From the NCBI GenBank assembly GCA_963666515.2, contig OY762897.2, positions 1,920,001 through 1,984,000 on the forward strand: 64,000 nucleotides of DNA, read 5' to 3'. Position numbers and translations under genes: made by a program. Shown piece after piece: positions 9,485 to 18,479 of this stretch (positions are counted from its first letter, which is position 1; each line of letters starts with the position of its first letter). This DNA is from Candidatus Binatia bacterium (lineage in GTDB: Bacteria > Desulfobacterota > Binatia > UBA9968 > JAJDTQ01). The notes beneath the pieces are model-generated. The model was not told the DNA's origin. It worked only from the letters and a program-made list of their open reading frames with translations, and did not search any database.

Positions 9485-10042
9485 TCACGCGAACTGGATC
9501 ATGTCGAGCCCCGTGAACCGCATGCGGTCGGCGGCGCCCGCGGGGATCACGGTGAGCTGGTGGATGGCGTACTCGTGCTCGTACGTGCTCTTGGCGTTGA
9601 CGCCGTCCAGCGGGATGATCACGTTGTAGCGATGGACCCGGGCGGCGGCGGTGGCGGTGTAGAGCACGGCGACGTTGGTCAGGGAGCCGGTCACGATGAG
9701 GTTCTCGGTGCCTGCTTCGCTCAGGATGGCCTGGAGGTCGCCGCCGGCAAACTTGTCGAAGGCGTCGGGATGGAGTACGGGCTCGGTTTCTCTGCGCTTG
9801 AGAGGCGCCGCCACCTCGCCCATGGGCGTGCCCTTGAACTGCAACGAGACGGTGAAAACCACGGGGACCGAAGCCTCCCGGACCCGCTCCAGGAATCCGC
9901 CCAGGGGCTCCATCAACTGCGAGCAGACCTCCTCCGGGTCATGGCACCGGGCGTTCAGGTCGAGCACCACCACCGCGGTCTTGGCCGCGTCCAGCGAGAT
10001 GTCTTTCGGTTCAGGTCGGTTAGGACCGGTGGTTTCGGTCAT
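9485..10042 (-). CDS. Isochorismatase-family hydrolase (no catalytic Cys)
   Basis: KTAVVVLDL, REASVPVVFT, LIVTGSLTNVAVLYTA; start chosen at ATG 10042 behind GGAGG. Confidence 0.8.
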   Translation of the reverse strand: MTETTGPNRPEPKDISLDAAKTAVVVLDLNARCHDPEEVCSQLMEPLGGFLERVREASVPVVFTVSLQFKGTPMGEVAAPLKRRETEPVLHPDAFDKFAGGDLQAILSEAGTENLIVTGSLTNVAVLYTATAAARVHRYNVIIPLDGVNAKSTYEHEYAIHQLTVIPAGAADRMRFTGLDMIQFA

Positions 10043-10093
10043 CGGAATCCCTCCGTTGTTTCCTGCCATTGCTGCGCCGGGCGTTGGTTCTCC

Positions 10094-10125
10094 CGCAGGG
10101 GCGACCCGCGGTCGCCCCCTGCAGG
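10094..10125. repeat. REP-like palindrome
   Basis: GCAGGGGCGACC-CGC-GGTCGCCCCCTGC hairpin between hydantoinase B and isochorismatase genes. Confidence 0.6.
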
Positions 10126-10128
10126 GTT

Positions 10129-11982
10129 TCACCGCAACGTGCGCCCCTGGTCCATCAGCCGGTTCCGGCGGATACGATCTCGCAACTCTTGCGTCGCGGC
10201 CTCATCCACTTCCAGGCTTTCCGCTTCCATCGCCACGCCGTAGATCTCTTCCGCTGTGGCCGTGGAGATGCGCCCGTTCAGCAGGCTCTCCGCCACGGCT
10301 TCCGGCTCCCGGTCCAGCGGGTCGCCGTAGCCGCCGCCGCTGCCCAGACGGAGGTAGAGTACGTCGTCCTTGCCGATCTCGAACTCGCAGTAGGGCAGCA
10401 GCCTTCTTTCGCCTTCGAGCGCGGCGAGGTCGTCTATGCAGCGGCGGTCCGCCAGCAGCTCGTTCACCCGGGTCCCTTCCAGCAGCACCAGCAGGCTGGG
10501 AGCGCCGGGGTGGCCGCCGAACATGCCGACCCCGGAGTTCCTGAGGCCGGCCACGCCGAAGGCCACGCCCCGGATCTTCTCCTCGGGCGCGTCGTGGAGC
10601 TTTACGGTGGCCTCCACGCCCACGCCGCCGGCGAACTTTCCGGCGCCGCCGCCGTCCGTGAGGTGGCGCCGGTAGAGGTACATGAGCGGGAAGTTCAGTT
10701 CCAGCCACTCGACGTTGTGGCAGGTGAGGTAGCCGCCGGAATCGATGCCGTCGCCGTGGGGGCTGGCGCCGGAGCCGCTCAGTTCCAGCAGCGTGGAGAC
10801 GTAGAAGCGGCCGTGCTGGTTCACGCCGGCGTGGCGCACGACCCGGAACCCCAGGGTCAGCGCGGTCACCTCGTCCTTCCAGGTCTCGCTGCCCGCCAGC
10901 ATCTGCGCCAGCACCGAGGCGGACACGTAGGAGACGGTCTTGAGGCCGGAGGTGGTGTTCATGGACACGGGCCCCGGGTACTGCACGTTCACCACGGTGC
11001 CTTCCGGGGCGATGACCTCGATGGGTCCGAAGGCGCCGTGGTTCTTGGGCAGGTCGTAGCCCAGGGCGGTGAGCACCGACTCGAAGCAGCCGCCGAAGGT
11101 GGCGTGGTACGGCAGGTTGATTCCCTGGCGCGCCTGCGGGTCGCTGCCGGTGAAGTCGAAGGTCAGGCGGTCGCCGCGCTTGCGCAGCTCCACGCACACC
11201 CGGCGGGTCTCGTTGGCGGCGATGGTGCCCTCGTCGATCCAGGTGCCGTCGGGGATCTCCCGGAGCCGCTTCGCCAGTATCTCGCGCGAGTAGCGGATCA
11301 TCTCCGCGGACACCGCGGTGATCAGCTCGGGTCCGTACTGCGCGAACATCTCCTCCATGCGCGAGCGGGCCACGTTGTTGGCCGCCAGCTCGCACTTGAG
11401 GTCCAACCCCACCAGCACCGGCTGCCGGGTCATGTTGACGAGGGTGTCGAAGACGTCCTGCCGCATCCGGCCCCGCTCCACCAGCTTGAGGCCGGGTATC
11501 CTGAGCCCCTCGTGGCAGATCTCGGTGGCGCCGGGCGAGTTGCCGCCGGGCGACATGGCGCCGATGTCCATCACGTGGACGAACGTGGCGCTCCACGCCA
11601 TCAGCCGGTCCTCGTGGTGGACCGGCGCGATCATGTAGATGTCGGACTGGTGGATGGCGGCGAGGTAGGGGTCGTTCAGCAGGAAGACGTCGCCCGGGTG
11701 GATGCCGCCGTCCCCCTCGAAGCGCTCGATGATCCGCTTGACCGCGAAGCCGGCGCAGGCGGCGTGCCGGATCATGGACTCCCCCACCGAAAGCACGTCG
11801 CCGTTGGCCATGTACAGCGACGCCATGTAGTCGTGCAACTGGGTGGTGTTGACCGTGCCGCCGACGCGCTCCAGGGTGGCGCCCATCTCGCGGGTGATCT
11901 CGTGCAGACGGTGCGAGAGGATCTCGAAGGTGACGGGGTCCACCTGCCGGCTCGTCGTGTCTCCGTTCGTCGTATCCATCAC
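10129..11982 (-). CDS. Hydantoinase B / oxoprolinase family protein (second copy)
   Basis: VDPVTFEIL, PGDVFLLNDPY, HQSD, HVMDIG, HEGLRIP, DGGGAGKFAGG, GGGYGDPLDR. Confidence 0.93.
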   Translation of the reverse strand: MMDTTNGDTTSRQVDPVTFEILSHRLHEITREMGATLERVGGTVNTTQLHDYMASLYMANGDVLSVGESMIRHAACAGFAVKRIIERFEGDGGIHPGDVFLLNDPYLAAIHQSDIYMIAPVHHEDRLMAWSATFVHVMDIGAMSPGGNSPGATEICHEGLRIPGLKLVERGRMRQDVFDTLVNMTRQPVLVGLDLKCELAANNVARSRMEEMFAQYGPELITAVSAEMIRYSREILAKRLREIPDGTWIDEGTIAANETRRVCVELRKRGDRLTFDFTGSDPQARQGINLPYHATFGGCFESVLTALGYDLPKNHGAFGPIEVIAPEGTVVNVQYPGPVSMNTTSGLKTVSYVSASVLAQMLAGSETWKDEVTALTLGFRVVRHAGVNQHGRFYVSTLLELSGSGASPHGDGIDSGGYLTCHNVEWLELNFPLMYLYRRHLTDGGGAGKFAGGVGVEATVKLHDAPEEKIRGVAFGVAGLRNSGVGMFGGHPGAPSLLVLLEGTRVNELLADRRCIDDLAALEGERRLLPYCEFEIGKDDVLYLRLGSGGGYGDPLDREPEAVAESLLNGRISTATAEEIYGVAMEAESLEVDEAATQELRDRIRRNRLMDQGRTLR

Positions 11983-12033
11983 TGCCCGGCCTCGTGTAAA
12001 CCCTTCCGGTTGGATGCGTCCTGGAACCGTCGC

Positions 12034-14166
12034 TCAGGAACCGGCGGCGTTGTCCTCCACGAATATCCTGATGTTGCGGAACCCGTCGATCTCGGCCCGG
12101 TCCCGCGGGTTCACCACCACCGTCGTCACGGGCGTCTCGATCACCGCCGGGCCGGACAGCTCCATGCCCGGCGTCATGCGCCGGAAATCGTAGACGGCGG
12201 TGGGAGCGAACTCCCCCAGTTCCTCGAAGAAAACGCTTCGCTCCGTCTTCCGGGCCTGGTCCGCAGTCGCCCCGGCCGCGGGTTCCTCCCGGATGCGGGG
12301 CTTGGCCAGCAAACCCGTCGCGGTGACCCGGAACGTCAGGATCTCCTTGCCCGCCTCCCGGTAGCCCGACCCCTTGCCGTACGCCTTCTCATACGCCTCG
12401 TCGAAGTCCGCGTAAAGCCGTTCCAGGTCCGCCTCCGTGAGCGGCGCCGTGCCCGGAGACAGCGGCACGTTCAACTCGTGGACCTGGTAGCGGTAGCGCA
12501 TGTCCACGCTTCGCGTGATCGCCGTGTCCGCCGGGGCGAATCCGGCAGCGCCCAGGGCGTCCTCCGCCCTCCGGATCAGCTCGGCGAAGTTCTCGTTGAC
12601 GCGGCCGGGGTCCGCCGGCACCTGAATGTGATCGGACTTGCCGTACTCGTGCACCACGTCGGAGCTGATGAGGCCGGTGGCGCCGTGCACCGAGGCGGTG
12701 AGCGGGATCACCACCTGCCGGACTCCCAGGTCCGCGGCATAGCGTCCGGCGTGCATCGGACCGGCGCCGCCGAAGGCGAACAGCACGAACGCCCGCGGGT
12801 CGTGGCCCTTCTCCACCGTGGCCCGGCGGATGAGGTCGCTCATGTGCGCGTTGGAGATGCGGTAGATACCCAGGGCGGCCTCGGACTCGCTCATGCCCAG
12901 GGGCTCCGCGATCCGTTGCCTGACCGCCCGGAGCGCGGCGTCGCGGTCGAGCCGCATCCGCCCGCCCAGGAAATAATCGGGGTTGAGGTAGCCGAGGATG
13001 AGGTCGGCGTCCGAGACCGTGGGCTCGGTTCCGCCGAGGCCGTAGCACACCGGACCGGGGCTCGCGCCCGCGCCCTCCGGCCCCACCTTGAGCAGCCCGG
13101 TCTCCGGTTCGATCCAGGCCATGCTGCCGCCTCCCGCGCCCACGGACTCCACCCAGATCTTGGGCGCCAGCACCCGGTGGCGTAGCACCACCGGCGTGTA
13201 GTCGCGCTCGACGCGCCCGTCCCGGACCACCCCCACCTTGAAGGTGGTGCCGCCCATGTCCGTGGCCAGGATGTTGCGCTCGCCGATCATCTCGCCCAGG
13301 AACCGCGTCCCCGCCACCCCGGAGGCCGGGCCGGACTCGATGGTGCCGACGGCGTTCCGGCAGGTGGCCTCGATGTCGAGCACGCCGCCGTAGGCCTGCA
13401 TGATCATCGGCGGCTTGGCCAACCCCTTGGCCCGCAGCACCTGATCGAGATTCACCAGGTAGCTCGATATCCGCGGGCCGATGTAGGCGTTGAACACCGT
13501 GGTGGCGGTGCGCTCGTACTCGCCCACGAAAGGAGCGGCCGCACTCGAAAGGGTTACGTAGACGCCGGGATGACGGCGCCGCAGGATGGCGGCCACCGCC
13601 TGCTCGTGGGCGTCGTTGGTCACGGACCATAACAGGCACACGGCCACGGACTCGACGCCGCGCGCGGCCAGATCGTCCAGGGCGCCTGCCGCCTGCTCCT
13701 CGTCGAGGGGCACGGTGACCGCGCCCTTGTAGTCCACGCGCTCGTTCACCTCGGCAACCAACGACCGGGGCACGAAGGGCTCGGGCTTCCGCAGCCACGC
13801 CAGCCGGCCCGCCTCCGCCTCGGTGAGTCCGTCCGTGACCTTGCCGCGCATCATGAGCAGGGTATCGGGGAAGCCGCGAGTGGTAACCAAGCCGGTGCGG
13901 GGACCGGAGCGGGTGATCAGGGTGTTCTCGCCGATGGTGCAGGCATGAAAGAAAAGACGGGTGCGCCGGAGCAGTTCTTCCTCGTCGCCGAGACCGATGT
14001 TCCGCGCCGCGTCCCGCACCGCCCCGGCGGCGCCGGCGGAGTAGTCCGGAGGCGTGGAAAGCGACTTGCCCACGACCATCTCGCCCTGGTCGTCGACCAC
14101 GACGCAGTCGGTGAAGGTGCCGCCGATGTCCACGCCGACCAGGTAACGGCCTCGCGAATCACTCAT
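12034..14166 (-). CDS. Hydantoinase A / oxoprolinase family protein (second copy)
   Basis: VGVDIGGTFTD, EYERTATT, ESGPASGV, DMGGTTF, GAGGGS, GASPGPVCY, FGGAGPMH; start 14166 or 14172. Confidence 0.93.
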   Translation of the reverse strand: MSDSRGRYLVGVDIGGTFTDCVVVDDQGEMVVGKSLSTPPDYSAGAAGAVRDAARNIGLGDEEELLRRTRLFFHACTIGENTLITRSGPRTGLVTTRGFPDTLLMMRGKVTDGLTEAEAGRLAWLRKPEPFVPRSLVAEVNERVDYKGAVTVPLDEEQAAGALDDLAARGVESVAVCLLWSVTNDAHEQAVAAILRRRHPGVYVTLSSAAAPFVGEYERTATTVFNAYIGPRISSYLVNLDQVLRAKGLAKPPMIMQAYGGVLDIEATCRNAVGTIESGPASGVAGTRFLGEMIGERNILATDMGGTTFKVGVVRDGRVERDYTPVVLRHRVLAPKIWVESVGAGGGSMAWIEPETGLLKVGPEGAGASPGPVCYGLGGTEPTVSDADLILGYLNPDYFLGGRMRLDRDAALRAVRQRIAEPLGMSESEAALGIYRISNAHMSDLIRRATVEKGHDPRAFVLFAFGGAGPMHAGRYAADLGVRQVVIPLTASVHGATGLISSDVVHEYGKSDHIQVPADPGRVNENFAELIRRAEDALGAAGFAPADTAITRSVDMRYRYQVHELNVPLSPGTAPLTEADLERLYADFDEAYEKAYGKGSGYREAGKEILTFRVTATGLLAKPRIREEPAAGATADQARKTERSVFFEELGEFAPTAVYDFRRMTPGMELSGPAVIETPVTTVVVNPRDRAEIDGFRNIRIFVEDNAAGS

Positions 14167-14184
14167 AACCATCTGATCTTTCAG

Positions 14185-14213
14185 TTGACACGTGGTGGCG
14201 GCAATAGTAGATT
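14185..14213 (+). promoter_or_regulatory. sigma70 promoter TTGACA-N17-TAGATT
   Basis: Consensus -35 at 14185-14190, 17-nt spacer, -10 TAGATT at 14208-14213. Confidence 0.8.
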
Positions 14214-14219
14214 TCACCC

Positions 14220-14277
14220 ACTAACTTGCTAACCCCCCCCGGGATCGAGCCGGAAACGGCCCCCGGGGGTTTTTTTT
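14220..14277 (+). ncRNA. Putative ~60-nt structured leader / antitoxin RNA upstream of NYN gene
   Basis: Bounded by the promoter and a U8 tract; outer stem CCCCCGGG/CCCGGGGG, internal loop AUCGA/C, inner stem GCCG-GAAA-CGGC. Confidence 0.55.
14236..14277 (+). terminator. Intrinsic terminator ending 9 nt upstream of the NYN start codon
   Basis: GC-rich hairpin 14236-14269 followed by 8 T (14270-14277). Confidence 0.75.
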
Positions 14278-14286
14278 GAGTTTCCT

Positions 14287-14913
14287 ATGGCACTGGAGCG
14301 CGCAGTCCTCTTCATCGACGGAAGCAACTTCTACCATGCCGCCAGGCACATCGGAATCTCCACCGGAGATGTTGACTATCAGAAATTGGCCAACAACCTG
14401 ATTTTGAACCGGGAACTGGCCGGTATCCGATACTATGTGGGGCAGGTTTCCGGTGATCTCTCCCGCCGTTCGTCTCAACAAAAGTTTCTGAGCAGGATAC
14501 AGGGCCAGGGTGTGACGGTTGTCAAGGGCCGAATCGAGCGCAAAATGGTCCGCCCGGAAGACAATCCTTTGATTGGAAAGCTGAAGGACGTGGTCGCCGC
14601 CCACAAAGCGGACCTCGGCGGTCCGATTCTCCTCGAACTTGAAGCCTTGTGCAAAATGTCACTCCCTCAGTACACCGAGAAGAGAGTCGATGTTTCCATC
14701 GCAGTGGACATGGTGACAATGGCGTACGGCGGGCAATATGATGTCGCGTATCTTCTCTCGGCGGACGGAGATTTCGTCCCGGCAGTCGAGGCCGTCAAGA
14801 AGTCGGGCAAAAAGGTGTTCGCCGCCTCGCCCAGCTCTGGTTACGAGCTTACGAGAGTCGTCGATAAGTTCATCCGCCTGAGGAAGGACTGGTTTTTGGG
14901 CTTGTCCGCATAG
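14287..14913 (+). CDS. NYN domain (LabA/DUF88) PIN-like ribonuclease
   Basis: LFIDGSNFYH, RYYVG, EKRVDVSIAVDM, LLSADGDFVPAV, ELTRVVDKFI; acidic catalytic residues intact. Confidence 0.92.
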   Translation: MALERAVLFIDGSNFYHAARHIGISTGDVDYQKLANNLILNRELAGIRYYVGQVSGDLSRRSSQQKFLSRIQGQGVTVVKGRIERKMVRPEDNPLIGKLKDVVAAHKADLGGPILLELEALCKMSLPQYTEKRVDVSIAVDMVTMAYGGQYDVAYLLSADGDFVPAVEAVKKSGKKVFAASPSSGYELTRVVDKFIRLRKDWFLGLSA

Positions 14914-15205
14914 ACAGCCTCATCGTTTGGCACACAGGGTGGCCGGCTAGGTAGTGGCCACAACCGGAAGTTTTCACCCGACATCGCCGACTCCTGGAAG
15001 GGATCGGCTATGTACCGCCGGCAGAAATCGAAGACTTGTACTATCAGCAGTGCAAGGAGTCACCCATGGTGGCCTGACTCACCAAAATCCGTCTCCGGTA
15101 AACCCGGGACGGTTCAGTCGAAGTATCCACACAGGAACAGGATGTAGCGCCCCCGCTCCTGTCCCTATGCCCACGCGAGGGTCAAGGACAAACGGCGTTT
15201 TCCGG

Positions 15206-15235
15206 TTGACAATGTTCCCGCACTTTCATTAGGTT
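15206..15235 (+). promoter_or_regulatory. Probable sigma70 promoter of dctP (TTGACA-N18-TAGGTT)
   Basis: Consensus -35 at 15206-15211, ~95 bp upstream of dctP. Confidence 0.45.
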
Positions 15236-15304
15236 CAGCACCTATCCGGCTTCGGCCGAGGCATCAACCGGTCGGGGAATGCCCCGGCAAAGGAGGGTAC
15301 ACGG

Positions 15305-16300
15305 ATGAAGAAAATCATGCTTGGGGCGTTCGCTGCGGCGTTTGCCCTGTTTGTTGTGGCCGCATCCGCGCAGGCGGCGGTCACGATAAAGGTCAGCACC
15401 TGCCTGGCCAAGACCCACGACCAGGTGGAGACGTACTTCCAGGCGTTCCACGACAAGTTCAACGAAGTCGCCAAGGGCGAGGCCAAGCTCCACTACGTGG
15501 GCGGCCCGGAAGTGTCGCCGCGGCAGAAGCAGGGTCCGGCGCTCAAGCGGGGCTTGGTGGACATGATCTTCTGCCCCATGGGCTATTACGAGGGAATGGT
15601 GGCGGAAGCCGGCCTGACCTCGGTGACCAACCTGTCCACCAAGGAGCTCCGGGACAACGGCGCCATCGACCAGCTCCAGCCGGTGTGGGCGAAGAAGTTC
15701 AACGGACGGATCCTGGGCTGGTGCTGCTACGGCGTCGACTTCCACATCTATACGACGTTCAAGCCCAAGGAGAGCACCAAGACCGGCCTCGACCTGTCGG
15801 GGCGCAAGATGCGCTCCACCGCCACGTACAGAGTGTTCTTCAGCGTCATGAACGCCATTCCCGTCACCATGGCTCCCGCGGAGATGTACACCGGTCTGCA
15901 GCGGGGCGTGGTGCAGGGGCTCGCATGGCCCGAAGGAGCGCTGGCCAAGTACGGCGTCCAGAAGTTCCTCAAGTACCGCGTTTACCCGGGCTTCTATCGC
16001 AGCGGCTCCATGGTCGTGATCAACCTGGACAAGTGGAAATCCCTGCCCAAGTCCGTGCAGGACAAGCTCACCCAGACAGGTCTCGCGTTCGAGCAGGGCA
16101 GCGAGCCGATACTCCGCGCGAAGGCCGACGCCGACAACAAGAAGCTGTGGGCTTCGGGCCTTCAGAAGTACGAACTCAAGGGCGAGGCGCGGAAGGCCTA
16201 TCTGCGCACCGTCTACGAGCTCGCATGGGAGGCCCGGTCGAAGAACAACTTCACGGTGCCGTTCGCGAAGCTGAAGGAGAAGATGTACCGCGCGCCGTGA
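15305..16300 (+). CDS. dctP: TRAP transporter substrate-binding protein
   Basis: Signal peptide (AQA-A), GGPEVSP, GRKMRS, EMYTGLQRGVVQG, INLDKWKSLP; strong SD AAGGAGG. Confidence 0.9.
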   Translation: MKKIMLGAFAAAFALFVVAASAQAAVTIKVSTCLAKTHDQVETYFQAFHDKFNEVAKGEAKLHYVGGPEVSPRQKQGPALKRGLVDMIFCPMGYYEGMVAEAGLTSVTNLSTKELRDNGAIDQLQPVWAKKFNGRILGWCCYGVDFHIYTTFKPKESTKTGLDLSGRKMRSTATYRVFFSVMNAIPVTMAPAEMYTGLQRGVVQGLAWPEGALAKYGVQKFLKYRVYPGFYRSGSMVVINLDKWKSLPKSVQDKLTQTGLAFEQGSEPILRAKADADNKKLWASGLQKYELKGEARKAYLRTVYELAWEARSKNNFTVPFAKLKEKMYRAP

Positions 16301-16318
16301 GGGCCGCGTCAAAACAGT

Positions 16319-16360
16319 GAAAACGCCCCCGATCCGGAGTGCTGGATCGGGGGCGTTTTC
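16319..16360. terminator. Bidirectional terminator between convergent dctP and dctM
   Basis: GAAAACGCCCCCGATCCGG-AGTG-CTGGATCGGGGGCGTTTTC long stem with A/T tails. Confidence 0.85.
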
Positions 16361-16384
16361 TTTCCAGGGGCCGGAACGCAGTCT

Positions 16385-17695
16385 TCAATCCATCAGATTG
16401 GGAAGCCACAGCGCCAGCCCGGGTTCCCAGATCAGGATGAGGATCAGGATCAGGTCGCAGATCAGGAACGGGATCGCCGCGTTGGCCACCTGCAGCAGCG
16501 TGGTGCCCCGTGGCGCCACTCCGAGCATCACGTAGAGCAACAATCCGAAGGGGGGCGTCGTGCCCGCCATCTCCAGCGTCATCAGCACGAACAGCCCGAA
16601 CCAGATCAGGTCGAAGCCCAGGGCCTCGGCCAGGGGGAAGAAGATGGGCACGGTGATGAGCATCATGGAGGTGGCGTCCATGAACATGCCCAGCACGATG
16701 AGGATCAGGAACATGACCGCGAGCACCACCAGGCGGGACACCTCGAAGCTGGTGGCCCATTCCAGCATGCCGGCGGTGGCGCCCGAGTAGGCCAGGAGCT
16801 GACTGAACACGGTCGAGTTCATGATGATGAGGAACACCATGCCGGCCACCCGCACAGTGCCCGACAGGGAGGTGCGGATGGCCTCCCACTTGAGCACGCG
16901 GAAGGCCACTGCCAGGATGGCCACGCCCAACACACCGCAGGCCGCGGACTCCGTGGGTGTGGCGATGCCCAGGATGATGAAGCCGATGACCATGAAGATC
17001 ACGAGGCTCACCGGCAGGATGTTGAAGGTGATGTACTTGATCTTGTGCGCCCAACTGGTGGGCGGCACGTCATAGGCCGGCGCCCCCGCGGGGTTGATGA
17101 TGATCTGCAGGTACAACATGCCGGCGTAAAGCATGGCCAGCACGAAACCCGGCAGGAACCCCGCGATCAGGAGACGGCCCACGTCGATGTTGGCGACGCT
17201 CGCCAGCAGCACGGCCAGCGCCGAGGGCGGGATGATCATGGCCAGGCCGCCGGTGCCCAGGATAGGCCCCATGGACATGCGCCAGTTGTAGCCCCGCCGC
17301 TGCATCTCCGGCACCAGCAACGATCCCAGCATGGCGGTATTGGCCATGGAGGAGCCGGTAAGAGTCGAGAAGATCGTCCCGCCGGCTACCGTCAGGTAGC
17401 AGAGCCGGCCCCGCAGCTTGCCGAACAGCGAATCGAGCCCATCGAAAACGCGTATGGCCAGGCCCGTGTGAAAGAACAGCGCGCCCATGAGGATGAACAT
17501 GGGCACGGGACCCAGGGTGAACCGGGTGATCAGCACGGTGGAATTGTCCGCCACCTGGATGAAGCCGTGCACGCCGGCAAAGATGAAGATGCCGATGAAG
17601 TTCGTGGTGATGAAGGCGAAGGCCACGGGGACCCCGATGGCCATCAGACAGACGACCATGCCCACCAGGAGAGCGAATGCCCAATACCATTCCAT
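16385..17695 (-). CDS. dctM: TRAP transporter large permease
   Basis: GVPVAFA, VPMFILMG, GTGGLAMIIPPS, GIATPTESAA, TPPFGLLLYV; many TM helices. Confidence 0.93.
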   Translation of the reverse strand: MEWYWAFALLVGMVVCLMAIGVPVAFAFITTNFIGIFIFAGVHGFIQVADNSTVLITRFTLGPVPMFILMGALFFHTGLAIRVFDGLDSLFGKLRGRLCYLTVAGGTIFSTLTGSSMANTAMLGSLLVPEMQRRGYNWRMSMGPILGTGGLAMIIPPSALAVLLASVANIDVGRLLIAGFLPGFVLAMLYAGMLYLQIIINPAGAPAYDVPPTSWAHKIKYITFNILPVSLVIFMVIGFIILGIATPTESAACGVLGVAILAVAFRVLKWEAIRTSLSGTVRVAGMVFLIIMNSTVFSQLLAYSGATAGMLEWATSFEVSRLVVLAVMFLILIVLGMFMDATSMMLITVPIFFPLAEALGFDLIWFGLFVLMTLEMAGTTPPFGLLLYVMLGVAPRGTTLLQVANAAIPFLICDLILILILIWEPGLALWLPNLMD

Positions 17696-18207
17696 CACAC
17701 GTTCTCCCGCACCTCGGTGCGCGAGGTGTACATGGTATCGACCCCCACCAGAAACCGGAGGAATTCGATGGCGATCATCGTGAACGACACCGGCATGGGC
17801 GCCAGGAGCATCCAGAGCGGTTGGGCTTCGCCCCGGTAATCCAGCTCGCCCGAGAGGTACGCGGCGATGGTGAGGTCCGTGGAGTAGTAGATGAAGAAGA
17901 GGCAGCAGACGATGCAGATGACGTAGACGAGCTTCGCCAGCACGTACTGCACGGTCAGGGGCAGGAGCGACACGAGGGAGTCCACGAACACGTGGCCCTT
18001 CATGCGCACCAGCCATGGCGCCCCCAGCATGGTGAACCACAGGAGACCGTACTCCACCACGCCCAGGGTGTACGCGGACGGTTGGAACTTCAGGAGACGC
18101 ACGAATACGTCGATCACGATGAGCAGGAAGATCAGGAAGATGACGATCTCCGCACCCATCTTGAACAGGTCCAGGAGCTTTTCGTAAGCCCGCGATATTC
18201 TTTGCAT
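17695..18207 (-). CDS. dctQ: TRAP transporter small permease
   Basis: Four TM segments, DVFVR, EYGLLWFTMLGAPW, KGHVFVD; coupled to dctM. Confidence 0.88.
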   Translation of the reverse strand: MQRISRAYEKLLDLFKMGAEIVIFLIFLLIVIDVFVRLLKFQPSAYTLGVVEYGLLWFTMLGAPWLVRMKGHVFVDSLVSLLPLTVQYVLAKLVYVICIVCCLFFIYYSTDLTIAAYLSGELDYRGEAQPLWMLLAPMPVSFTMIAIEFLRFLVGVDTMYTSRTEVRENV

Positions 18208-18397
18208 CCTCCCTCCACAACGCTGTTCACGGAACCCTTGTTCAACCCACCGTGGCGGAAATCCTCTGCTTTTATCGCCTTGTTCCCCGGCTGTCAAAGA
18301 CGTTTGCGGGGAAATGCGCCTTTGTTGACGAAAAACGTTGCGCGGTGGTACCACCCTGGAAGAAACTGATCGACCGCGGTCGCGGCGGGATGGCGCC

Positions 18398-18438
18398 CTT
18401 CGCCCTGAGCGCAGCGAGGCAAAGCGAAGTCGAACGGC
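18398..18438. repeat. Degenerate extragenic repeat of the CCCTGAGC...GTCGAA type
   Basis: CTTCGCCCTGAGCGCAGCGAGGCAAAGCGAAGTCGAACGG resembles a widespread bacterial REP-like family; single copy here. Confidence 0.4.
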
Positions 18439-18479
18439 GTCATCTTCCCTCCGCGCCCGGACGCCTTTGGAGGTATACC

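Noticed and set aside
10069-13185. 1,038-aa plus-strand ORF
   Set aside because: Antisense shadow of the hydantoinase genes, which carry clear family motifs
14928-14944. sigma54 promoter (TGGCAC...)
   Set aside because: No GC at the -12 position with the required GG-N10-GC spacing
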